Assembly (NCBI GenBank): GCA_050258555.1
Contig: JBLMZA010000046.1
Location: 7,855 to 71,854 of the forward strand
Length of the DNA: 64,000 bases
Direction: 5' to 3'
Source: Acidobacteriota bacterium
GTDB taxonomy: Bacteria > Bacteroidota > Ignavibacteria > UBA10030 > UBA8401
Shown here: positions 9,556 through 17,804 of the stretch, piece by piece
Layout: each line of letters starts with the position of its first letter
Position numbering within the stretch: the stretch's first letter is position 1
Program-made: the position numbers and the translations under genes
Notes under the pieces: generated by a model
The model's input: only the letters and a program-made list of their open reading frames with translations
The model's database searches: none
Told to the model about the DNA's origin: nothing

Positions 9556-10476
9556 ATGGTGCAGCAGTATGATCTCGGTCTCGCATGGAACTGGGAATTC
9601 GACCAGGCATTCATCTTCGGTCTTGAAGCGGAATGCCGGCGAACGGGACTGACTACGTACCGCATCGAGCCGCACAATCTGTCCGAATCGCTCCGCCTGA
9701 TGCGCTCCGGGAAACTGGCCTTCCGCACGTTTCTGGACCGCGCATCGGACGGAGAGGAATTTTTCCTGCCGCTCGAGCGGTTCCTGACGCGCTCCGAGAC
9801 GCATATGTTCAATCCGTACGAGGCCATCGAGCGGGCGAAGGACAAAGCGACGATGCATCTGGAACTGATGACGGCCGGCATCAACGTTCCCTATACGATC
9901 ATCATCTCGCCCTATTCGAAGAAGAAGGAAATCGAGCTCAGCCTGTCCGAACTGGCGCAGCTGGGCAGGCCGTTCATCATCAAGCCCGCCAACACCACCG
10001 GCGGCGGCATCGGCGTGATCATGGGCGCAGAGACGCTGAAGGAGGTCATCGAATCGCGGCAGCATCACAAGGGCGACAAGTACCTGCTGCAGGAAACGGT
10101 GGTGCCGGCGACGCTGCAGGCAAACACGGGATGGTTCCGCGTCTTTTACGCATTCGGCGAGACGCTGCTGTGCTGGTGGGACACCGTCACACACATCTAT
10201 CGCGCCGTCACCGAGCACGAAGAATATCTCTTCGGACTCCGAAAGCTGCATGAGATCGCCACAACCATACACATGGTCTGCGGCCTCGATTTCTTTTCAA
10301 CCGAGATCGCCGTCACGCGCGACGGCCGGTTCGTGACGGTCGATTACGTGAACGAGATCTGCGACATGCGCGCACAGTCGCAGCACGTCGACGGCGTGCC
10401 GGACGGCATCATCGCCGTCATACAGCGCGCATGCGCCCGCGCAGCAAAACATTGGCTCGAGTCGGGTCATGCTTGA
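9556..10476 (+). CDS. ATP-grasp domain protein (RimK / glutathione-synthetase-like ligase).
   Basis: The motifs IIKPANTTGGGIGV, LLQETV and the FFSTEIAVTRDGRFVTVDYVNE segment match the ATP-grasp fold. There is no signal peptide. Confidence 0.5.
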   Translation: MVQQYDLGLAWNWEFDQAFIFGLEAECRRTGLTTYRIEPHNLSESLRLMRSGKLAFRTFLDRASDGEEFFLPLERFLTRSETHMFNPYEAIERAKDKATMHLELMTAGINVPYTIIISPYSKKKEIELSLSELAQLGRPFIIKPANTTGGGIGVIMGAETLKEVIESRQHHKGDKYLLQETVVPATLQANTGWFRVFYAFGETLLCWWDTVTHIYRAVTEHEEYLFGLRKLHEIATTIHMVCGLDFFSTEIAVTRDGRFVTVDYVNEICDMRAQSQHVDGVPDGIIAVIQRACARAAKHWLESGHA

Positions 10477-10501
10477 CTTTCACTCATGCCTTTGATACAT
10501 T
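10473..10501 (+). promoter_or_regulatory. Sigma-70-like promoter candidate for the downstream TPR lipoprotein gene.
   Basis: TTGACT at 10473-10478, a 17 nt spacer, then TACATT at 10496-10501, about 52 nt upstream of the ATG at 10554. The -35 overlaps the stop codon of the upstream gene. The organism may instead use Bacteroidetes-type promoters. Confidence 0.3.
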
Positions 10502-10553
10502 CCATCGCACATTCTTTGCATGATCCATTCCGAAAATCGATGAAGGAGATACT

Positions 10554-11276
10554 ATGAACTTACGCATTTCTGCTGTTCTTTCGGTCCTTGTTCCCTTCGC
10601 TGCGGCCCTGCTGGCGGCAGGATGCACAGCCGCCGGCGATCTGACCGAAGAAGAGCAGGCAGTGCCGGCGAAAGACACTGTGGCTGTCAGTCAGCCGGGT
10701 CCTTCGCGCGACGAACTGCAGCAGGAACTGGATGCCCTCAAGACGGAAAATATACAGCTGAAAGCGCAGTTAACCGAGGCCGAAAAAACCAAACGCGAAC
10801 TTCTTTCGAAGGCATCGGACCTCGAAGCCTCGATCGCCGCGCGAGAACAGGCGCTGCGCGCCGAGCCGAAAGCGCCCGCAAAGAGGTCTTACGAAGGCGT
10901 GACATCGCCCGAAGCCCTTCGCACGTACGAAGCGGCCGTCGCGCTGGTGAAGCAGGACAAATTCCAGGAGGCCATTCCGAAGTTCGAAGAACTTTTGAAC
11001 GGCGCGGTCAAAGAAGACTACGCGCCGAACTGCCGGCACTGGCTCGGGCTCGCCTATTACGGGCTCAGAAACTATAAAGCGGCGCTCGAGCAGTTCAACG
11101 AAGTGTTTTCGTTCAAGTATTCGACGAAGAAGGACGACGCACAGATGATGATTGCCCAGTGCTACGAGAAGATGGGCGAGAAGAAACAGGCGAAAGCCGA
11201 ATACCGGAAGCTGGTGAAGACCTATCCGACCAGCGAATACGTCAACCGCGCAAAGAAGAAAGCGCGCCAATTATAA
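10554..11276 (+). CDS. Lipoprotein with a coiled-coil and TPR repeats (YbgF/CpoB-like).
   Basis: The lipobox is LLAAGC. It has a Glu/Lys-rich coiled-coil (QLKAQLTEAEKTKRELL) and C-terminal TPR-like repeats (WLGLAYYGLRNYKAALEQF..., AQCYEKMGEKKQAKAEYRKLVKTYP). Confidence 0.6.
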   Translation: MNLRISAVLSVLVPFAAALLAAGCTAAGDLTEEEQAVPAKDTVAVSQPGPSRDELQQELDALKTENIQLKAQLTEAEKTKRELLSKASDLEASIAAREQALRAEPKAPAKRSYEGVTSPEALRTYEAAVALVKQDKFQEAIPKFEELLNGAVKEDYAPNCRHWLGLAYYGLRNYKAALEQFNEVFSFKYSTKKDDAQMMIAQCYEKMGEKKQAKAEYRKLVKTYPTSEYVNRAKKKARQL

Positions 11277-11310
11277 TTCACTCACAACAGAAAGCGAAGC
11301 GTACAGAATT

Positions 11311-12579
11311 ATGCCGGCAACAATCATAGTCGGGGCCCAGTGGGGCGACGAGGGCAAGGGAAAGATCGTGGACATGCTCAGCGAGGAAATCGACATCGTC
11401 GCTCGCTATCAGGGCGGCGCCAACGCCGGGCACACCGTCGTTATCGGCGACAAGGAATACGTGCTGCACCTCATCCCCTCGGGCATTTTCCACAAGCATG
11501 TACAGTGCGTGATCGGCAACGGCGTCGTGATCGATCCCGTGGCGCTCATGGACGAAATCGCGATGATCAAATCGTTCGGCATCAAAATCGACGGTCGGCT
11601 CTTCATCAGCCACAACGCGCATCTGATCATGCCCTATCACAAAATGCTCGATGCCATCCGCGAGCAGGGCGCTCAGAAGATCGGAACGACCGGCCGCGGC
11701 ATCGGCCCGGCCTACATCGACAAGTATATGCGCACGGGCATCCGCGTCGTCGATCTGCTCAACCGGAAGACGCTCGCCGACAAGCTCAAGGCCAACATCG
11801 AAGAGAAGAACCAGCTGCTGAGCAAAATCTACGGCTCGGTCGAGATCGACGTGGACAAGATCATCGCCGAATACGAGAAATTCGACACGCAGATCGATCC
11901 GTTCGTCACCGATACATCCGCCTATCTGAACGGAGCGCTGAAGAGGAAGAAGCGCATCCTTGCCGAAGGCGCGCAGGGAGCCCTGCTCGATGTGGACCAC
12001 GGCACCTATCCGTTCGTGACCTCCTCGAACCCGACAAGCGGCGGCGCCTGCACGGGTCTTGGCATCCCGCCCACGGCGGTCAAAAACATCATCGGCATCG
12101 TGAAGGCGTATTCGACGCGCGTGGGCAACGGTCCCTTCCCCACCGAGCTGAACGATGCGACGGGCGAGCGCCTGCGTTCGATCGGCGGCGAGTATGGCGC
12201 GACCACAGGCCGGCCCCGGCGCTGCGGGTGGCTCGACATCGTGAGCCTCAAATACTCGATCCAGGTCAACGGCATCAGCGAGATCGCGATGACGAAGCTC
12301 GATGTGCTCGACGAGTTCGACGAAATCCATGTGTGCACCGGCTATACGGTCAACGGCAAGCCGCTCAAATCGTTCTCGGCCGATGTGGCCACGCTCGATG
12401 CGGTGACGCCGGTCTACAAGACCTTCAAAGGATGGAAAGCGCCGATTTCCGGCGCCAAGAAGTTCAGGCAGCTCCCGAAGAATACGATCAAATATGTGGA
12501 AGCGATCGAGAAGCTCACGGGAACGAAGATCTCACTCGTGTCGGTCGGACCCCGGCGCGATCAGACGATTGTGCGGTAG
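11311..12579 (+). CDS. purA: Adenylosuccinate synthetase.
   Basis: MPATIIVGAQWGDEGKGKIVD, GGANAGHTV and GTTGRGIGPAY are canonical PurA motifs. Confidence 0.95.
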   Translation: MPATIIVGAQWGDEGKGKIVDMLSEEIDIVARYQGGANAGHTVVIGDKEYVLHLIPSGIFHKHVQCVIGNGVVIDPVALMDEIAMIKSFGIKIDGRLFISHNAHLIMPYHKMLDAIREQGAQKIGTTGRGIGPAYIDKYMRTGIRVVDLLNRKTLADKLKANIEEKNQLLSKIYGSVEIDVDKIIAEYEKFDTQIDPFVTDTSAYLNGALKRKKRILAEGAQGALLDVDHGTYPFVTSSNPTSGGACTGLGIPPTAVKNIIGIVKAYSTRVGNGPFPTELNDATGERLRSIGGEYGATTGRPRRCGWLDIVSLKYSIQVNGISEIAMTKLDVLDEFDEIHVCTGYTVNGKPLKSFSADVATLDAVTPVYKTFKGWKAPISGAKKFRQLPKNTIKYVEAIEKLTGTKISLVSVGPRRDQTIVR

Positions 12580-12585
12580 GCTGCC

Positions 12586-13791
12586 ATGACGACAGTGCTG
12601 CTGAACGCGCGAAGCCCGAAATCGGGCGCGATCAAAATCGCGCTGCTCGTCACGGCTGTCTGCATCGCCATCGCCACGCTGCTCTACACGAACAATCTCG
12701 TCGGCAAGCTTCAGGAGAAGGAACACCGGGTGGCCCGCATGTACGCCAAAGGCCTTGAGTACGTCGCGGCCCCCGCCCCTGCCGGCGTCGATTACAGCTT
12801 CATCCTCGAACAGGTCATCCCGTCGATCGACTTCCCCATCGTGCTCACGGACGCATCGGACACGGTTGCCGTCGGACTGCGCAATCTCCAGATCGATTCC
12901 ACAGCCTCGAAGGAGGAAATCAACAGGACCATCCGCGGCATCATCGCCGAGATGGACCGCACCAACAAGCCCATCGTCGTGGCCTATCAGGACACGATCA
13001 TTCTCAACTACATGCACTACGGCGAGTCGCCGCTCATCGTGCAGCTGCGTTGGCTGCCGTACGTCGAGTTCGGCATTGCCACGCTCTTCGTTCTCGTGGG
13101 ATACATCGGCTTCAGCTACATCAAGCGCAGCGAACAGAGCAACATCTGGGTGGGCATGGCGCGCGAAACGGCGCATCAGCTCGGCACGCCGCTCTCGAGC
13201 CTGGCGGGATGGATCGAAGTGCTGAGAATGTATTCGGAATCGCATCCGAAGATGTACGAGACCGTGAACGACATGGAAAGCGATGTGAAGCGGCTCAACA
13301 AGGTCGCCGAGCGCTTTTCAAAGATCGGATCGAAGCCCGATCTGAAGGAAGAGAATATTCCCGCGGTGCTCCGTTCGGTGATCGCATATTTCGAGCGGCG
13401 CATTCCGCACATGGGCAAGCGCGTCAAGATCACGCTCGAGAGCGATGAAGCGGTCACTGCGCTGATCAACCGCGAGCTGTTCGAATGGGTGATCGAGAAT
13501 CTCGTGAAGAACGCGCTCGATGCGATGGAAGACGGCAAAGGCATGATCACGCTCCGCGTCTGGCGCGTGATCGAAACAACGTTCGTCGACGTGATCGATA
13601 CGGGGAAAGGCATCGACTCGAACATCCGCAAGGACATTTTCCGGCCCGGCTTCAGCACGAAGCGGCGCGGCTGGGGCCTGGGCCTCAGCCTCTCGAAGCG
13701 CATCATCGAATCGTACCACAACGGCAAGATCGTGCTCAAGGACAGCAAACCCGGCGTCGGCACGACATTCCGCATCACGCTGCGCGGATAG
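12586..13791 (+). CDS. Membrane-bound sensor histidine kinase (HisKA + HATPase_c).
   Basis: It has N-terminal TM helices and the H-box HQLGTPLSSLAGWIEVL. N/G1/G2 boxes are ENLVKNALDAM, DTGKGI and GWGLGLSL. It starts 7 nt after purA. Confidence 0.85.
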   Translation: MTTVLLNARSPKSGAIKIALLVTAVCIAIATLLYTNNLVGKLQEKEHRVARMYAKGLEYVAAPAPAGVDYSFILEQVIPSIDFPIVLTDASDTVAVGLRNLQIDSTASKEEINRTIRGIIAEMDRTNKPIVVAYQDTIILNYMHYGESPLIVQLRWLPYVEFGIATLFVLVGYIGFSYIKRSEQSNIWVGMARETAHQLGTPLSSLAGWIEVLRMYSESHPKMYETVNDMESDVKRLNKVAERFSKIGSKPDLKEENIPAVLRSVIAYFERRIPHMGKRVKITLESDEAVTALINRELFEWVIENLVKNALDAMEDGKGMITLRVWRVIETTFVDVIDTGKGIDSNIRKDIFRPGFSTKRRGWGLGLSLSKRIIESYHNGKIVLKDSKPGVGTTFRITLRG

Positions 13792-13814
13792 GCCGCGCAG
13801 CACGCGCATTCCGC

Positions 13815-14312
13815 TTATTCCTCCGAAGGCAGTTTCGGCCTGAAGAGCGACCATCCGATCAGCCCTCCGAGCGCGGAGAAGAGCGCATTCGGTATCAGAT
13901 ACACGAAGATCGAGAAGAAGGCGCCGACCGGACTGATCCGCTGCTGCTTCGCCTCCTCGACCATCTGCTGAAACTCCGCAGGCATTTCCACGCGCATCTT
14001 CATGATGATGCGCTCCATCATTTCGATCGCCACGTTTCCGAAGACAAGCGAGACCGCCACGTTGATGGCGACAGCGGCAACCGAGGCAATGACGCCCGCC
14101 AGAAGTCCGACGCGCAGACAGTCGTTCATCGTCAATGGAGGCATCTCCGGACGGATCGAGCGCGCATACAGGAAGACGGCCAGCATGCCTCCGAAGATCA
14201 CTCCCGCGCAGCAGAAACAGTTGATCAGGTTCAGGCCGGGCACGGCCCAGAACGCGGCGATGACCAGTCCGCCATACAGGGCCGGCATCAGTTTATCGGG
14301 TTTTGGTTCCAT
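13815..14312 (-). CDS. Small polytopic membrane protein (DUF4199-like).
   Basis: About four hydrophobic helices (LYGGLVIAAFWAV, GVIFGGMLAVFLY, VGLLAGVIASVAAVAINV, FFSIFVYLIPNALFSALGGLIGW). The start is taken at MEPKPDKL, which gives a 20 nt overlap with the upstream gene's stop. The alternative start MPALY at 14288 is possible. Confidence 0.4.
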   Translation of the reverse strand: MEPKPDKLMPALYGGLVIAAFWAVPGLNLINCFCCAGVIFGGMLAVFLYARSIRPEMPPLTMNDCLRVGLLAGVIASVAAVAINVAVSLVFGNVAIEMMERIIMKMRVEMPAEFQQMVEEAKQQRISPVGAFFSIFVYLIPNALFSALGGLIGWSLFRPKLPSEE

Positions 14313-14790
14313 AGTGTGTGTGGAGAAGATGTGACAGGATCCGCGCGATGCAGTCCTGAAGCATGGGTGCAAGGATAAATGCGCTCAGCAGTCCGAACAT
14401 GCCGCCGGTGACGAGGCGCGACGCCGTCGTACTCGGCGCGATTCCCGCCGCCGAGAGTGCGACATCAAGGATCATCCCGCCGGCGGCCGCAGCCCACAGC
14501 GTCCGCGCGCTGAACTTTTCCGTGAGCATTCTCCCTGCCGATGGAGACAGGAGGACGCCGGCAAGGAAGGAAAAGTAAATCGCGCTGCACCGGATGCAGA
14601 CCGGCAGCTTCAGTCCGAACAGATGAAACGAATGTGAATCCCATTGATGGCAGACCGTTGAAGAGACCGCGTACATCACGGCGGCGCCCGTACGGAGAAC
14701 CGCATTGGAAGAGCCGGCGGCAGCCGGGGCCGCAATGATGGCGCCGCACCAGCACGCCGCCGCACAGGCCAGGATCAGATTCGTTCGCAT
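14293..14790 (-). CDS. DUF2085-family membrane protein.
   Basis: The conserved core CHQWDSHSFHLFGLKLPVCIRCSAIYF (the CHQ...CxRC motif typical of DUF2085) is flanked by TM helices. Confidence 0.5.
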   Translation of the reverse strand: MRTNLILACAAACWCGAIIAAPAAAGSSNAVLRTGAAVMYAVSSTVCHQWDSHSFHLFGLKLPVCIRCSAIYFSFLAGVLLSPSAGRMLTEKFSARTLWAAAAGGMILDVALSAAGIAPSTTASRLVTGGMFGLLSAFILAPMLQDCIARILSHLLHTHYGTKTR

Positions 14791-14853
14791 ATGCGGGAGT
14801 TATAATACTCAGAAGGCAGGCCACAAAGCAAGGAAAATCTTCAGAAAATATTT

Positions 14854-15465
14854 TCAGAACACGAACTTGAAGCCCGCGTCGACAGGCACGTATCCACGGC
14901 GTTCTTCCTCGGCGAAGACTAAGATGTACTTTGCACCGACCGAGAATGCGACCGTCGATGAGAGCGGAACGTCGAGACCCAGCCCCCAGGCGGCCCTGAA
15001 TGCCGTTTCAGAGGATCCGGTTACGATATTGTTTCTGTCGGACGAGGAGACGGTCTGGTCGTTGATGCGCGTATGTGTCGCGCCGGCATCCATCGTGATA
15101 TAGGGAAATGTCGAGACCACGCGCCCGAGCATGCGGTAGTTCAGGAACACGGCAAAGGAAAACATGTCGAGCACGCCGCCCGACAGGCGCGTATCGGCAA
15201 GGACCGTGCCGTCGATGAGGTGGTTCTTCTTCAGGGGATTGCGCGCATATTCCAGTCCTGCGCCGACGCTGATGCGCTGCGAGAGCGTAAATTCAAATCC
15301 CGTGCCGATGTGCGGCCCGCTCTTCCAGTTGTTGGCGTAGAGTTCCGGGGCATCGGGAAATCCAGCCCCGCCGCGCAGATAAATATCGAATCCGTAATTC
15401 TGCGCCGTGGCACAGGCTGTCACCGCCGCCAGCATTATCGCAAGAGAGAATAATTTCATGACCAT
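14854..15465 (-). CDS. Small outer-membrane beta-barrel protein (OMP_b-brl / OmpA-N-like).
   Basis: The signal peptide is MKLFSLAIMLAAVTACATAQ. It has alternating beta-strand patterns and a C-terminal ...GFKFVF ending in Phe. Confidence 0.6.
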   Translation of the reverse strand: MVMKLFSLAIMLAAVTACATAQNYGFDIYLRGGAGFPDAPELYANNWKSGPHIGTGFEFTLSQRISVGAGLEYARNPLKKNHLIDGTVLADTRLSGGVLDMFSFAVFLNYRMLGRVVSTFPYITMDAGATHTRINDQTVSSSDRNNIVTGSSETAFRAAWGLGLDVPLSSTVAFSVGAKYILVFAEEERRGYVPVDAGFKFVF

Positions 15466-15568
15466 CTTTCATTTTTTTCGGGACGGAGGGTTACTTTGTT
15501 GAACAATCTTTCCTCGTGCAGCGTTCGTTTTCTGGGACAGGTGCCGGGAAAGGAAACGGACAAAAAAA

Positions 15569-15600
15569 ACGGGCTCTCACAGTGGAACCCGTCCTTCAAT
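15569..15600 (-). terminator. Weak orphan hairpin plus T8 tract on the minus strand inside a divergent intergenic region.
   Basis: On the minus strand ACGGG-14nt-CCCGT is followed by TTTTTTTT. No annotated minus-strand gene ends upstream of it. Confidence 0.25.
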
Positions 15601-15741
15601 ATACGAAGCACGAATGAAGAATGACAGCCCTTCCGTTCGACAATTTTTTCGGAACGCGCCGGTTGCATCAGGAAAAATTTCTTCGTAAAATGAACAATTC
15701 TTTTTTGTAATTCACTTTAGCCGGAACAGATCGGACGCCAT

Positions 15742-16509
15742 ATGAAACGCTCTACGACTCTTGCTCTCCTTGCGGCACTCATCCTTTCCGCCCCATCGCT
15801 TCTGCAGGCGCAGTCGAAAGACAAGCTCATCGATGAAGGCGACCATTATTCCACCGTCACATTCGAAAATCAGAAGGCGTTGGACAAATATCTTCAGGCC
15901 GACAAGATCGCTCCGCATAATTACGAAATTCTCTGGCGCATCAGCCGCTCGTATGTCGATATCGGCGAGCACAAGCCGGGATCGACCGATCAGGAGAAAG
16001 CGGTGCAGCTCGAATACTATCAGAAAGCCCTCCAGTCGGCCGACGAAGCCATCAAGGCCAATCCGAACGGATCGATGGGCTATCTGCGACGGGCGATCGC
16101 CAACGGACGCGTGGCGCTGTTCAAAGGCATCTGGACGGCGATGGACCTCGTGAAGCAGGTGAAAGCCGACTGCGAGAAGGCCATCGCGCTCGATGCGAAG
16201 AATGCGAGCGCCTACTACATCCTTGCGCGGACGCATGCGAAGCTCTGCGAGAAATCGAAGATCGTGCGCTGGCCGCTCGGGCTCGGCTGGGCAAACCGCG
16301 ATGAAGCCTCCGCCCTCTACGAGAAGGCGATCGCGCTGCGTCCGTCGTTCATCATGTACAGGGTCGATGCGGCAAAGAACTACATCGAGAACGGCGACGA
16401 AGAGAAAGCGAAGGCCGAGCTTGTCAAGGCCGCCTCGCTTCCGAAGGAGGATGAGGATGACGACGCGCTCAAGCGCGAAGCCAGAGAGCTGCTGCAGAAA
16501 TTACAGTAA
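15742..16509 (+). CDS. Secreted TPR-like repeat protein.
   Basis: The signal peptide is MKRSTTLALLAALILSAPSLLQAQ. Helical repeats follow (YYQKALQSADEAIKANPN, CEKAIALDAKNASAYYILARTHAKL, YEKAIALRPSF) and there is an acidic tail. Confidence 0.6.
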   Translation: MKRSTTLALLAALILSAPSLLQAQSKDKLIDEGDHYSTVTFENQKALDKYLQADKIAPHNYEILWRISRSYVDIGEHKPGSTDQEKAVQLEYYQKALQSADEAIKANPNGSMGYLRRAIANGRVALFKGIWTAMDLVKQVKADCEKAIALDAKNASAYYILARTHAKLCEKSKIVRWPLGLGWANRDEASALYEKAIALRPSFIMYRVDAAKNYIENGDEEKAKAELVKAASLPKEDEDDDALKREARELLQKLQ

Positions 16510-16537
16510 CAAAAAACACTCAACACCTGAACATATC

Positions 16538-17797
16538 ATGGAGGTTACTTTGAACAAGAAACGTACGATGTTGGGAGGCATGGCGCTGCTTCTGCTTGTG
16601 TCCGCCGGATCGCTCTTTGCAGGCGGATTCCAACTGAATGAAGCCGGCGCCCGCGCAATGGCGCAGGCCGATGCGTTCGCTGCCCGCGCTACGGATGCCT
16701 CGGCCATTTATTTCAATCCCGCCGGACTTGCATTCCAGCCCGGTCATTCCATCCTGCTCGGCTCGACCGTCATCGCGCCTGCTGTGACGTTTTACGGCCC
16801 CGTGCGCGATGCGAACGATCCCGCCATCAAGAACGAATCGAAGCTCAACAACCAGGTCTTCACACCGCTGAATCTGTATGCGAAATTCCAGATCACGGAC
16901 AATCTGCATGCCGGCGTCGGATTGAACAATGCCTATGGACTCGGCACCGAATGGCCTTCCGACTGGGTCGGACGTTTCATCACGCAGAAAATCGATCTGA
17001 AGACATTCTTCATCACGCCGACGGTCGCCTATCGCATCACCGACCGGCTCGCCGTTGGCGCAGGCTTCAACTATGTGTTCGGCAGCGTGCTCATCAAGCG
17101 CGCAGTCAGCATCACATCGGTCAATGTCCCCGAATCGCCCGTCGTCTCGATCGATATGACGGCGAAGAACGGATACGGATGGAACGTGGGCGCGCGCTAT
17201 CGCCTTACGAACGACATCTCCATCGGCGCTTCCTACCGCAGCGAAGTGAAAATCGATGCCAAAGGCACGGCAGCCTTCTCGCCGAACTATGCTCCGCTCG
17301 GGCTTCCGGGCGGTGATGCATCGGCATCCCTCGCGCTTCCCGCCACGGGCTTCGCCGGCATTTCGTACCGCGTCGCCAAAAATCTCGAGCTGGAAGCCGA
17401 CTACCAGTACATCGGATGGTCGTCCTACGACACGCTGGCAATCGACTTTGCGGCCAATCCCGCCGCACGCAGCGCCCAGCCCAAGCTCTACAACGACACG
17501 TATATTCTGCGCTTCGGTGGCGAATACACCTGGAACGACTGGCAGTTCCGCGCCGGCTATTATTTCGACCATACGCCGGTGCCGACCAAATACCTCGAGC
17601 CGCTGCTGCCCGATTCGGACCGTCACGGATTCAACATCGGTGCGGGATATCAGATCACGAACAATCTCCGCGCCGATATTTCCTATCTCTTCATCAAAGG
17701 AATGGAACGCAAAGCGGAAAACACTGAGACGAATTTCAACGGCACGTATCACTCGTACGTGAATCTTCTCGGCCTGAATATCGGATATAATTTCTAA
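16538..17797 (+). CDS. fadL: FadL/OmpP1-family outer-membrane transporter for long-chain fatty acids or hydrophobic compounds.
   Basis: The signal peptide is followed by AGGFQLNEAGARAMAQADAFAARATDASAIYFNPAGLAF, the FadL N-terminal hatch motif, and the protein ends ...LGLNIGYNF. The track ORF beginning at 16193 is an upstream extension that overlaps the previous gene. Confidence 0.8.
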   Translation: MEVTLNKKRTMLGGMALLLLVSAGSLFAGGFQLNEAGARAMAQADAFAARATDASAIYFNPAGLAFQPGHSILLGSTVIAPAVTFYGPVRDANDPAIKNESKLNNQVFTPLNLYAKFQITDNLHAGVGLNNAYGLGTEWPSDWVGRFITQKIDLKTFFITPTVAYRITDRLAVGAGFNYVFGSVLIKRAVSITSVNVPESPVVSIDMTAKNGYGWNVGARYRLTNDISIGASYRSEVKIDAKGTAAFSPNYAPLGLPGGDASASLALPATGFAGISYRVAKNLELEADYQYIGWSSYDTLAIDFAANPAARSAQPKLYNDTYILRFGGEYTWNDWQFRAGYYFDHTPVPTKYLEPLLPDSDRHGFNIGAGYQITNNLRADISYLFIKGMERKAENTETNFNGTYHSYVNLLGLNIGYNF

Positions 17798-17804
17798 TAT
17801 CAAT

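Noticed and set aside
11340-12758. A 472 aa Arg-rich ORF on the plus strand overlapping purA and the kinase gene.
   Set aside because: It is in an alternative frame of a clearly real gene (purA). Its extreme Arg/His/Gly content is typical of out-of-frame translation of high-GC DNA.
16193-16537. A 115 aa N-terminal extension of the fadL ORF.
   Set aside because: It overlaps the upstream TPR gene in another frame and is Arg-rich. The FadL hatch motif follows the signal peptide that starts at 16538.
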